A stretch of DNA of 64,000 nt, taken from assembly GCF_965214065.1 (NCBI RefSeq), contig NZ_CBDCAT010000027.1:311968-375967 (forward strand). Direction: 5' to 3'. Below are positions 53,113 through 61,996 of the stretch, piece after piece. This DNA comes from Candidatus Poriferisocius sp. Lineage in GTDB: Bacteria; Actinomycetota; Acidimicrobiia; Acidimicrobiales; Bin134. Each line of letters begins with the position of its first letter. The stretch's first letter is position 1. Under the pieces are notes generated by a model, which was not told where the DNA came from, searched no databases, and saw nothing but the letters and a program-made list of their open reading frames with translations. Position numbers and translations under genes: made by a program.

Positions 53113-54405
53113 CTAGCCCACCAGGCGGACGCGCTGGTGCTTGACGGCACCTAGGTGGAGGTGGCCGTGGCGCTCGGGCTCGTCGACCAGCTCTAGGCGG
53201 GGCAGAAGAGGCAGGATCGCTCGGAGCATGGCCCGCAGCTCCCAGCGGGCCAGGTTGGCCCCCAGGCAGAAGTGGACTCCGTGTCCGAATGCCATGTGGT
53301 GGTTGGGATTGCGGCCCACGTCGAAGCGGTAGGGGTCGTCGAACACCGCATCGTCCCGGTTGGCCGAGGGGTAGAACACACCCACGGTGTCGCCCTCTTT
53401 GATCAGCTGGCCGTTGCGCTCCACGTCGGCGGTGGCGGTGCGGGCGAATTGGATGACCGGCGACGTCCACCGCAGGATCTCCTCCACCGCCGGCTCGATC
53501 AGCGACTCATCGGCCAGGAGACGGTCGATTTGGTCGCGGTGCTGGAGCAGGGCGGTCACACCCGAGGTGGTGGCATTGCGGGTGGTCTCGTTGCCTGCGC
53601 CCAGCAGCAGGGTGATGTAGCCGGTGAGCTGCTGGGTGTTGAGCGGGCAGCCGTCGACCTCGCCCTGAACCACCGCTCCGGTCATGTCGTCGCGGGGCTC
53701 GGCTTGGCAGTCTTCGATGATCGTCCTGATATAGGCGCTGAAGTCCTTGCCCATCCGGAACCTCAGGTCGTCGAAGGTCTCGCCCGGCTCGGCCCACCGC
53801 ATATTCTCCTCGTCGTTGAAGGCCATCTCGGTGAACTTGTGAACCTTTGACCAGTCTTCAACATCAAGGCCCATGAGGTCGCAGATGGTGGCCAAGGGCA
53901 GCTTGACCGCATAATCGAGCACCAAGTCGGCCTCGCCGTCACGCTCCAATATCTCGACGAACTCGCCGGTGAACCGGGCGGCGTACTGGGCGAGGTGCTC
54001 CTCATGCTCCCGCATGGCCCGGGGGGTGAACCGGCGGGCGGTGAGCAGGCGGAACCGGGTGTGGCGGGGCCGGTCCAAAAACACCATGTCCATGGGCTCG
54101 TCCAGGTCCCAGCCCAGCTCGGTGAGCCGCCGTGCCCGGCGCTCCCACATGCCCTTGTCCTCTTCAATGGAGGCCAGGCGCAGGCGGGGGCCGCCGTTTA
54201 TGAACAGCTTGTCGTTGGACGACACCCAGTGGATGTCCTCGTGGCGGGTGACGGCCCAGAACGGCTCGATGTCGGGTCGCTCGTACCAATGCACGGGGGC
54301 CTCGGCCCGCAGCATGTCCCACGCCGCCCATGGATAGCCGCGTTCCTGGTACAGGTCAGTGGAGTGGATATCGATCTCGTCGAGTAAGAGTGCCGTATCC
54401 GACAT
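53113..54405 (-). CDS. cytochrome P450
   Basis: Heme loop FGHGVHFCLGANLARWE and EEILRWTSP (ExxR). The start was set to the ATG at 54405 (MSDTALLLDEIDIHS). Confidence 0.92.
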   Translation of the reverse strand: MSDTALLLDEIDIHSTDLYQERGYPWAAWDMLRAEAPVHWYERPDIEPFWAVTRHEDIHWVSSNDKLFINGGPRLRLASIEEDKGMWERRARRLTELGWDLDEPMDMVFLDRPRHTRFRLLTARRFTPRAMREHEEHLAQYAARFTGEFVEILERDGEADLVLDYAVKLPLATICDLMGLDVEDWSKVHKFTEMAFNDEENMRWAEPGETFDDLRFRMGKDFSAYIRTIIEDCQAEPRDDMTGAVVQGEVDGCPLNTQQLTGYITLLLGAGNETTRNATTSGVTALLQHRDQIDRLLADESLIEPAVEEILRWTSPVIQFARTATADVERNGQLIKEGDTVGVFYPSANRDDAVFDDPYRFDVGRNPNHHMAFGHGVHFCLGANLARWELRAMLRAILPLLPRLELVDEPERHGHLHLGAVKHQRVRLVG

Positions 54406-54415
54406 CCCACCGACG

Positions 54416-55345
54416 CTAGTCGCCTCGGCGACCGGCCAATAGTCGGGAGCGGAGAGGCTCGGGGGCAGCCAGCTCGAAGCTCTGGTTGTCGAGACGAGCG
54501 AAGCCAGCCAGCGGGTGGCCGGGGCGCCACCACAGCGCATTGGGGCTAACCGAGTTGGGCCCGGCCAGGTAGCGGATGTAGCTGGCGGCCATCATCGAGG
54601 CCGAGTGATCCACGAACTGCTCGTTGGTCTCCACCGGGCACACCATCACGGTGTGGGCGGCGGGGATGGTCACCACTGCGCCCTGCGGCCCGATATCGGG
54701 AACTGTGCGGGCGAAGTCGAGCAAATGGCCGGAGACGAACAGGGAGTACCCCGAGAACACCCGGAACTGCCCGGACAATTCCTCCGCCTCCATCGGAGCC
54801 AGCGGCTCGGCCATCAAGGTGTTGGCCAGCGCGATCGCCATCACCTCGGCGTGCTCCACGCCCCAGTCCTCGAAATAGCTGCGGTCCACCGGGCTGGCGG
54901 CGCCGTCCAAGTCCACCGACAGGCAGGCAAAAAGTCCCAGCGGCAGGGGATCGCGCACCGCGTCGATATGACAAAGGTGCTGGGCGCTCACCACCCTGAC
55001 CCTCAGATCGGGCTGGAGCCGCTCGTAGTCGCCTAAGCGCTCGGCCAAAACATCAGGGGCGAAATCGTCAAGGCGGGCAACATGGTTGTAGATAATGAGC
55101 CTCCAGTCGTCGGGGTCGGATGACCGACAGGTTTGGGCCAGGTTGGACAGCCCCAGCACGCAGTCCATCTTCTCGACGGCCACGGTCCCGTCGACCTCAT
55201 CCACAGCGTGGTGGCCGAATCGGGCTTGAACGACGCTCTCCACTAGGTGCAGAAAGCGGCGGCGCTGGTCTGAGGTCCACCACGGGGCCCAGGCACAGAT
55301 TTCCGGTGGAGCGGACACGAATCCTTCTCCCTTCACATGTCTCAC
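54416..55345 (-). CDS. hypothetical protein (first gene of the P450-amidohydrolase-SDR string)
   Basis: 309-aa ORF with GC3-rich coding-like composition, 10 nt upstream of the P450. No family recognised. GTG start, uncertain. Confidence 0.5.
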   Translation of the reverse strand: MRHVKGEGFVSAPPEICAWAPWWTSDQRRRFLHLVESVVQARFGHHAVDEVDGTVAVEKMDCVLGLSNLAQTCRSSDPDDWRLIIYNHVARLDDFAPDVLAERLGDYERLQPDLRVRVVSAQHLCHIDAVRDPLPLGLFACLSVDLDGAASPVDRSYFEDWGVEHAEVMAIALANTLMAEPLAPMEAEELSGQFRVFSGYSLFVSGHLLDFARTVPDIGPQGAVVTIPAAHTVMVCPVETNEQFVDHSASMMAASYIRYLAGPNSVSPNALWWRPGHPLAGFARLDNQSFELAAPEPLRSRLLAGRRGD

Positions 55346-55486
55346 ATGTCGATTGAAGGGGGAAGCTTCGGGGGACGATAGCGGGATTGGGTTGGGGAAC
55401 GCTTGTGGAAATCCAATTTATTCTATTTTATTTCAACTTATTTCAAGGGGCCGTCTGCCGTCACCGGCGACCACTATTCTGGGGAC
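55346..55486. promoter_or_regulatory. AT-rich divergent intergenic region with a tandem 9-mer
   Basis: This is the most AT-rich intergenic stretch I noticed in the window. ttatttcaa occurs at 55428-55436 and again at 55438-55446. It lies between the divergent hypothetical gene and pyrE. Confidence 0.4.
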
Positions 55487-56044
55487 GTGGCTGACGCGGC
55501 GCTTATCAACATCATCAAGCAGCAAGGTCTACGGAAATTGGACCAGCCGATAGAGCTGGCCAGTGGGGCCTTGTCGAGCGACTTCGTCGACGTCAAGGTG
55601 GCCCTCTGCCGATGGGCCGACCTCCAGGTGGCATGCCGAGCGATTGTTCAGCGGGTGCGGAAGGCCGGCATCGAATTCGACGCGGCTGGCGGGATGACCA
55701 TGGGGGCCGACTCGCTGGCGGTGGGCATAGCAGCCGAAACCAACGGCCATTGGTTCTCAGTACGAAAGGAGCCGAAGAAGCGGGGCACCAAACAGCAGAT
55801 CGAGGGCACTCCCCTCGGACCGGGCCACCGGGTCTTGCTGCTTGAGGACGCAACCACCACCGGAGGCTCGACGGAAAAGGCCTTTAAAGTGGTACGCGAC
55901 ACCGGGGCCGATGTGGTGGCGGTGGCCACAGTCGTCGACCGGGGCGACACTGCCCGGCGCCGCTTCCAAGCCCTGGGCGTGCCCTACTTCCCCGCTCTCA
56001 CCTACACCGACTTGGGCATCGACCCGGTGGTACCGCCCGAATAG
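55487..56044 (+). CDS. pyrE: orotate phosphoribosyltransferase
   Basis: PRPP loop VLLLEDATTTGGS, and it looks colinear with the roughly 180-aa actinobacterial PyrE (GGMTMGADSLAVGIA...VRKEPKKRGT..IEG). I chose the GTG at 55487. The tracked start at 55403 lies in the AT-rich spacer. Confidence 0.85.
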   Translation: MADAALINIIKQQGLRKLDQPIELASGALSSDFVDVKVALCRWADLQVACRAIVQRVRKAGIEFDAAGGMTMGADSLAVGIAAETNGHWFSVRKEPKKRGTKQQIEGTPLGPGHRVLLLEDATTTGGSTEKAFKVVRDTGADVVAVATVVDRGDTARRRFQALGVPYFPALTYTDLGIDPVVPPE

Positions 56045-56058
56045 GCCAACCTGATTGC

Positions 56059-57732
56059 TCAGGCAGAACGGAGGATGGTGGCGGGGAGGGTGTCGAGTTG
56101 AGCGAGCAGTGATTTGCCGTCGAGGCGGGTGGGGGTTCCGGCGACGAGGGTGTGGTCGACGCCGGTGGGCTTGTCGGCAATGAGGCGCTCACCGTCGGCG
56201 GGCATGTCGTGGACCCGGCGGATGGGTCCGACTTCGAGGTTGTCCCAGTCGATCACGGTGATGTCAGCCACCGCGCCGGGGTGCAGGTAGCCGCGGTCGG
56301 GGGCCAGGCCGAGCATCTCGGCCAGCTCGCCGGTGAGCTTGTGGATTCCGGCTTCGGGGGTCATCACCTGGCGGTCGCGTACCCAGCGGGACAAGAAGTC
56401 GGTGGGCATAACCGCATCACAGATCTGGCCGACGTGGGCGCCGGCGTCGGACAGGCCCATAACCGCCCCCTCGGCCTGCATGAGGGAGGTCACGCCATCG
56501 ACCTCGTCGTTGGCGAAGGTGATCTCGAAGCGGGTCAGCAGTCCGTCGGCCAGGGCGATGTCGCACATAGCGTCCCACGGGGTGCAGCCCCGCTCGGCGG
56601 CCACTTTGCCCACGGTGCTGCCCACTAGCTCGGGCTGGCTGGGCGACTCCACAATGGCCAAAGTGTTCCAGCGGGAAGCCAGAAGGCCGTTGGCGTCGAG
56701 GTCGGACTGCACTCGGGCCCGCCAGTCGGGGTCGGCATACAGCGTGTGGCGGTCTTCATGGGCCAGGGCCACCAGCTCTTTGAACGAGCCCATGGTGTAG
56801 AAGGAGGTGGGCTCGATCATGGTGACGTGCTGGGTGATGGGGCGGCAGGTGACCTGCACCCACACGTCGGCCCCGGCGGCCCGGCCGGCCAAGTGGTCGG
56901 CCAGCTTGGTGCGGTAGTCGGCCCGGGAGGAGGCCGCGGCAGGGTAGGTGAGGATGGACGACCAGTTGAGCCGCCGGCCCAGCTTGGGCTGGAGGTCGTA
57001 CACCCAGCGGTAATTCTCCCCCGGCGCCACATGCACCACGCCCCGGCCAATCTCGGCGGTGACGGCGATGAGGGCTTCGGTTTCTTCTTGGGAGGCGGCG
57101 ATGGACGGCACCGGGCGGCCGCCGTCGCCCAGGTGGAATCCGGCCCGATCGGTGGAGAACCCCAAAGCGCCGCCGTTGATGGCTTCGGCCACCGCGGCCT
57201 TCATTTGGTTTACCTCTTCGGGCGTGGCCTCTCGCTCGTAGGCCTCTTGGCCCATGACGTATAGACGCACCGCGGTGTGGCCCACATAGCCGCCGAAGTT
57301 GACGGCCAGCCCTCGGTGCTGGATCACGTCGAGGTACTGGCCATAGGTCTCGAAGTTCCAGTTGACCCCTGCCTCGAGGGTGGCCACCCGCATGTCCTCC
57401 ACCTTGTCGAGGGTGCGTATGAGCGAGGCCCGGTCGGCGGCCTTGGTGGGGGCGATGCTGTAGCCGCAGCTTCCGGCCACCACCGAGGTGACCCCGTGCC
57501 AGCATGACGACGACAGCCACGGGTCCCACAGCACTTGGGGGTCGTAGTGGGTGTGGCAGTCGATGAAGCCGGGGCAGACCAGGCGGCCGGTGGCGTCGAT
57601 CTCGGTGGGGGCTTTGACTGTTTTGTCGATTTCGGTGATGCGGCCGTTGGCGATGCCTATGTCGGCTTGTTGGCCGGGCTGGCCAGTGCCGTCTACGACG
57701 GTGCCGCCTCGGATTGCTAGGTCGGGGCTCAC
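56059..57732 (-). CDS. amidohydrolase (N-acyl-D-amino-acid deacylase / D-aminoacylase family)
   Basis: 557 aa. LAIRGGTVVDGTG...CPGFIDCHTHYD. Paralog of 51385-53076. Confidence 0.85.
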   Translation of the reverse strand: MSPDLAIRGGTVVDGTGQPGQQADIGIANGRITEIDKTVKAPTEIDATGRLVCPGFIDCHTHYDPQVLWDPWLSSSCWHGVTSVVAGSCGYSIAPTKAADRASLIRTLDKVEDMRVATLEAGVNWNFETYGQYLDVIQHRGLAVNFGGYVGHTAVRLYVMGQEAYEREATPEEVNQMKAAVAEAINGGALGFSTDRAGFHLGDGGRPVPSIAASQEETEALIAVTAEIGRGVVHVAPGENYRWVYDLQPKLGRRLNWSSILTYPAAASSRADYRTKLADHLAGRAAGADVWVQVTCRPITQHVTMIEPTSFYTMGSFKELVALAHEDRHTLYADPDWRARVQSDLDANGLLASRWNTLAIVESPSQPELVGSTVGKVAAERGCTPWDAMCDIALADGLLTRFEITFANDEVDGVTSLMQAEGAVMGLSDAGAHVGQICDAVMPTDFLSRWVRDRQVMTPEAGIHKLTGELAEMLGLAPDRGYLHPGAVADITVIDWDNLEVGPIRRVHDMPADGERLIADKPTGVDHTLVAGTPTRLDGKSLLAQLDTLPATILRSA

Positions 57733-57786
57733 GGTTCCAATGTAGGGGAGTCCCCTCGTTCACGCCCGGCGCATACCGGCAATAAG

Positions 57787-58977
57787 ATGTTTGGCATGCC
57801 TTCTCGCCTGCTTGATTTCCCGGTTTTTGACGCCGATAACCACATGTACGAGACCACCGAGGCCCTTACCAAACACTTGCCCGACTCCCACCGAGGCCTG
57901 GTCGATTACATCGACCACAACGGCCGCACCAAGATCATGGTGAGGGGCAAGATCAGCGAGTACATCCCCAACCCCACGTTCCAGCGGGTGGGCTCTCCCG
58001 GCGCCCAGGAGGAGTACTTCAAGAGCGGCAATCCCGAGGGCAAGTCGCACCGGGAGATCATGAAGCCGATCGACGCCCTGCCCGCGTTTTTCTCCCCGGA
58101 ACCCCGGCTGGAGCTGATGGACGAGCTGGGCCTGAACTACGCCATGATGTACCCCACCTTGGCGTCGCTGGTTGAGGAGCGCTTCCGGGACGCCCCCGAC
58201 GAATGCCACATCGTCATCCACGCCCTCAACCAGTGGATGCTGGAGCACTGGACGTTCAACTACGAAGGGCGCATCTTCCCGACGCCCATCGTGACCCTTC
58301 CCATCGTGGACAAGGCCATCGAGGAACTGGAGTGGTGCGCGGAGCGGGGGGCTCGAGCGGTGTTGATCCGCCCCGCGGCGCCTCCCGGGCTGAGAGGGCC
58401 GCGGTCGTTCGCTCTGCCCGAGTTCGACCCGTTCTGGGAGCGGGTGGTGGAGTTGGACATTCTGGTAGCCATGCACGCCTCCGACAGCGGCTACAAGCGG
58501 TTCACCGACGAGTGGGAGGGCGTCAGCGGGGAGATGACGGCGTTCCGACAGTCGCTGTTCCAGATGGCGATCTCGCACAACCGGCCCATCCAGGATGCGG
58601 TGACCTCGTGGGTGGCCCATGGGGCGCTCAACCGCCATCCCAAGCTGAAGGTGGCCATCGTGGAGAACGGAAGCTCTTGGGTGCGCCCGCTGCTGGCCCA
58701 TTTGGAGGGCGTCTACGAGCGGTTCCCCCACTCCTGGGAGGAGCATCCGGTGGAGGCCATCAGGCGTAATCTCTGGATCCATCCCTTCCACGAGGACGAC
58801 CCGGTGGGGCTCATCGATTTGGTGGGAGTGGACAACGTGATTTTCGGCTCGGACTATCCCCACGTGGAGGGCATGGCCGATCCGATCTCGTTCGTGGACC
58901 AGCTTGACGGGCTGCCCGACGACCAGGTCCGCAAGGTCATGGGCGGCAACATGGCCGACCTGATGAAGGTGGGCTAG
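57787..58977 (+). CDS. amidohydrolase-2 (ACMSD-like) family protein
   Basis: FPVFDADNHMYE N-terminus and C-terminal GSDYPHVEG metal-site motif. Confidence 0.82.
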   Translation: MFGMPSRLLDFPVFDADNHMYETTEALTKHLPDSHRGLVDYIDHNGRTKIMVRGKISEYIPNPTFQRVGSPGAQEEYFKSGNPEGKSHREIMKPIDALPAFFSPEPRLELMDELGLNYAMMYPTLASLVEERFRDAPDECHIVIHALNQWMLEHWTFNYEGRIFPTPIVTLPIVDKAIEELEWCAERGARAVLIRPAAPPGLRGPRSFALPEFDPFWERVVELDILVAMHASDSGYKRFTDEWEGVSGEMTAFRQSLFQMAISHNRPIQDAVTSWVAHGALNRHPKLKVAIVENGSSWVRPLLAHLEGVYERFPHSWEEHPVEAIRRNLWIHPFHEDDPVGLIDLVGVDNVIFGSDYPHVEGMADPISFVDQLDGLPDDQVRKVMGGNMADLMKVG

Positions 58978-60335
58978 GAACCAGCCCCGGAGGGCGCCGG
59001 TTCGAGGTTGAGGAAGCGGGCCAGGTTGTCGCACATGATGGTTTTGATATCGGCGTCGCTCATGCCCTTGAGCTGGGTGGTGGCGTAGAGGGCGGGGAAG
59101 GGCAGGCCCTCGCTGTGGGGGAAGTCGGAGCCGAACACAATGGGTTCGATGCCCACCGCCTCCACCACCCGGGCCACATTCTCCTCGGGGAAGGGCGCCA
59201 CGATGAAGTGGTCGCGGAAGATGTCGCTGGGACGGCGGTCGAGCTTGGGACCCCACTTGGCCCCTCGGCCCATGAGGTAGGCGTGGTCCATCTTGCGGAG
59301 GATGTAGGGCAGCCACACAGTGCCCTGTTCTGACAGGCACACCTTCACGTTGGGGAAGCGGCCGAAGAGGTTGTGCAGCACCATGGCGGCCACAGTCTCC
59401 ATGGCCGGGCGGTCGCCCCAGTAGAGCACCCATTGGAGGGCGTCGAAGTCGCCGAGCACGTCTTCGGGGTCCTCGCTCCAGTCGGCCCCGTACTTCTGGT
59501 AGTCGGTGGCCCCCAGGTGGGTCACCACCCGGGCCCCGGCCTCGTTGATGCGGGCCCAGAAGCCGTCGTAGACCGGGTCGGCCATGGAGCGACCGCCCCT
59601 TGTGTTGTGGCGTCCACCGTGGACGTGTCCGCTGATGATCTGGATGACGGTGGCCCCCTGGCTGAGCACCAGCTCGACTTCGGCGGCGGCCTCATCGGGG
59701 TCGGCCAGCGAGACGTAGGCGGGAAGAAAGAGGCGGTTCAGGTAGCCCCAGCCGATCTCCTCGTTGATCCAGCGGTTGTAGGCCCGGGTGTTGGCGTAGA
59801 TACCGTCGACGTCATCGGCGAACTCGTACTCCAGCGACAGCACCTGGTTGGGGAACATGAGGGCGGCGCCGATGCCCTGGCTGTCCATAAGGGCCAGCCG
59901 CAGATCGCGGTTGCCCCACGACTCCTCCTGGTCGCGGAAGTAGGCCATGAGATCGACCCGCTCGCCGTCGGTGAGGTTGCGATAGGGGTTGAGCCGGGAC
60001 AGCAGCATCCCCGGCGAGTGGATGTTGGACTGGCCGGGCTTCATCTGGTTCTCGTCGCCCGCTTGTGGCACGGCCCGGGCGGCCACTTCGGCGGCGGTCT
60101 CGTCGTCAGCGGCCACCATGGCCACCGCCTGGTTGATACGCGACGGCCGCCCGCCGAACACCCCCACCCAGCGCCCCTGCTCGTCGGCCTCGAAGGTGAC
60201 CGACTTGTGACGCCACTTGGGGTCGATGTGGTTCACATAGAGATCGCGGGGCTCCACAAAGTGGTTGTCGGCGTCGTTGATGAGAAACGGCAACTCGACA
60301 TGCGTCTGCACCTGAGCCAATGCCATGGCCGCCAT
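58974..60335 (-). CDS. amidohydrolase-2 (ACMSD-like) family protein
   Basis: LINDADNHFVEP N-terminus and GSDFPHSEG. Convergent with its paralog, and the 3' ends overlap by 4 nt. Confidence 0.82.
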   Translation of the reverse strand: MAAMALAQVQTHVELPFLINDADNHFVEPRDLYVNHIDPKWRHKSVTFEADEQGRWVGVFGGRPSRINQAVAMVAADDETAAEVAARAVPQAGDENQMKPGQSNIHSPGMLLSRLNPYRNLTDGERVDLMAYFRDQEESWGNRDLRLALMDSQGIGAALMFPNQVLSLEYEFADDVDGIYANTRAYNRWINEEIGWGYLNRLFLPAYVSLADPDEAAAEVELVLSQGATVIQIISGHVHGGRHNTRGGRSMADPVYDGFWARINEAGARVVTHLGATDYQKYGADWSEDPEDVLGDFDALQWVLYWGDRPAMETVAAMVLHNLFGRFPNVKVCLSEQGTVWLPYILRKMDHAYLMGRGAKWGPKLDRRPSDIFRDHFIVAPFPEENVARVVEAVGIEPIVFGSDFPHSEGLPFPALYATTQLKGMSDADIKTIMCDNLARFLNLEPAPSGAGS

Positions 60336-60373
60336 GGTACGGGAACGCCAGAAGGGCGCGTCAGGTGGTGTAG

Positions 60374-61888
60374 CTAATCCCCGACCCGCAATCGGGACAT
60401 CATGGCTCGATGGGCCTGAGAGCCGACCGCAATGAGCAGCGCGTCTAGTGGGAGGGTGCCGATGCCACGATCGTTGGATTGCGCTGGAGCCATTGGGACG
60501 TTGGGTGCTACCAGATAGCTGTTACCCCGGAATTGCTTGTATCGGTCGATGAGCGCCTCCAGCCCTTCCCGGCTATGGCGCGGCGACGACGCAATTTCGA
60601 ATGCCAACGGATTGCGGGGTTCGTTGTAGATGAAGTCCACTTCCGACTTGCCCTCGCGCCAATGATGTAGCCGCACTCCGCTATGGGTTGCGAGGGAGCG
60701 CAGCGACGTAGCCACCAAGTTCTCCAGCAGTAGGCCCATCTCGCTTGGGTCCTCTAGGGGAGCTATGCCTCGCTGCAATGCTGCATTGCGTACAGCGCCG
60801 TCGATGAAATAGAGCTTTCGACCCCGACGCTGCACTGCGGACTCTGTCCCCGAGTAGTTGGGCAGCGTGAATACTAGGAATGCATGCTCAAGATAATTCA
60901 GGTAACGCTCAATGGTCGGCACTGCCAGGCCCAAGTCGCTGCTGATATTGGTTGGAGAGAGCAGTCCTGAGACCTGATCAGCCAACACATACAGCAGCCG
61001 CTCCAGCATCATTGGGTTGTCCACGCCGAAGGACTGAGGGATGTCCTTGTAGAGAGCCAGCTCTACTGCATCGGGCCGCAGCACCTGTTGGGAGAACAGC
61101 AGTAGCTCAGCGTCGGAATACTCGTAGTCACCGTCCGACCGTGCAGCAGCATACGGGAGCAATTCAGGAAAGCCCCCGACCATCAAGAGGCGATGGCGCT
61201 CGTCCGAGAACGCTTCGTAAGGGGACTGACCTGGTGCCATCGCCCGTATCGTGTCAGCCAACGTTTCCTGGGCTTCGCCCTCCCAGCCGATGAAGTCTTG
61301 ACCGGGAACCAGGTCCAACTGAAAGGCCGCCAGGTCCAAGAATTCAAGGAATGAGTATGGCGTTAGCTGCTGCTCGTCCCAACGGCCAACGCCGCTCTCC
61401 AACCGGCCCTGATGGAGGGCGGCAGTGGCACTAGACGTTGCCCCTATCTGCACTGGCCATTGCTCGTCATAGAAGGTCTTAAGCCAGATGTCCCAAGACT
61501 CGGCGTAGACCAACTCGTCGAGCATCAAGAACACCGGGGTATCCCGGTCCGCCCCGGAGGACTCCACAGCTAGGCGAACCAAATCGCCTAGGTCCTCGCG
61601 CAACAAAACCGGATGGTCCAGCCGAAGCCACCAGATCCGGGACGAATCCACTTCGTTATCCAAGAGTCTGGCCACGGTCTGGTAGAGCACAGTGGTCTTG
61701 CCCACGCGGCGAGGACCCAAAATGAGCTGATAGCGATGAGGCTCATCATCAAGAAGGCGCTGCCACAGGTCGCCAGCCAATGGCCGCTCTACTGGGAGGG
61801 CAAGCGGGCGCGGCACTTGGTCTAGGCGCCACCAGGGGTTCTGCTCTTGAATGACTCGCTGGACGTCTTCCGACCAAGATAGAGGCAT
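60374..61888 (-). CDS. AAA_14 / DUF4143 ATPase (COG1373-like) with a PD-(D/E)xK-like C-terminus
   Basis: NPWW, Walker A GPRRVGKTT and Walker B FLMLDEL. The central DUF4143-like block is YLNYLEHAFLVF. The C-terminus is GKSEVDFIY...AFEIASS. GC is visibly lower than in neighbouring genes. ATG at 61888. Confidence 0.8.
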   Translation of the reverse strand: MPLSWSEDVQRVIQEQNPWWRLDQVPRPLALPVERPLAGDLWQRLLDDEPHRYQLILGPRRVGKTTVLYQTVARLLDNEVDSSRIWWLRLDHPVLLREDLGDLVRLAVESSGADRDTPVFLMLDELVYAESWDIWLKTFYDEQWPVQIGATSSATAALHQGRLESGVGRWDEQQLTPYSFLEFLDLAAFQLDLVPGQDFIGWEGEAQETLADTIRAMAPGQSPYEAFSDERHRLLMVGGFPELLPYAAARSDGDYEYSDAELLLFSQQVLRPDAVELALYKDIPQSFGVDNPMMLERLLYVLADQVSGLLSPTNISSDLGLAVPTIERYLNYLEHAFLVFTLPNYSGTESAVQRRGRKLYFIDGAVRNAALQRGIAPLEDPSEMGLLLENLVATSLRSLATHSGVRLHHWREGKSEVDFIYNEPRNPLAFEIASSPRHSREGLEALIDRYKQFRGNSYLVAPNVPMAPAQSNDRGIGTLPLDALLIAVGSQAHRAMMSRLRVGD

Positions 61889-61908
61889 AGGGAAACAATT
61901 CTTGTGTT

Positions 61909-61939
61909 TGTGATGGTTATTCTTAGTATAGCCATCACA
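61909..61939. promoter_or_regulatory. 8-bp inverted repeat in the AT-rich leader of the ATPase gene
   Basis: tgtgatgg (61909-61916) pairs with ccatcaca (61932-61939), with a 15-nt AT-rich loop. It lies about 20-50 nt upstream of the ATG at 61888. Confidence 0.35.
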
Positions 61940-61996
61940 CAAAGATAGCTATATGCCGAATTACAAACATCTGGACGAAAGTGTGTGGCTTGTCGG

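Noticed and set aside
55487-56044. PRTase-domain gene next to a hypothetical gene and an AT-rich spacer. I considered whether it could be a retron- or defence-type PRTase effector.
   Set aside because: In size and layout (about 185 aa, PRPP loop VLLLEDATTTGGS), the protein matches my recollection of actinobacterial orotate phosphoribosyltransferase. No reverse transcriptase, ncRNA-like repeats or partner genes are nearby. I call it housekeeping pyrE.
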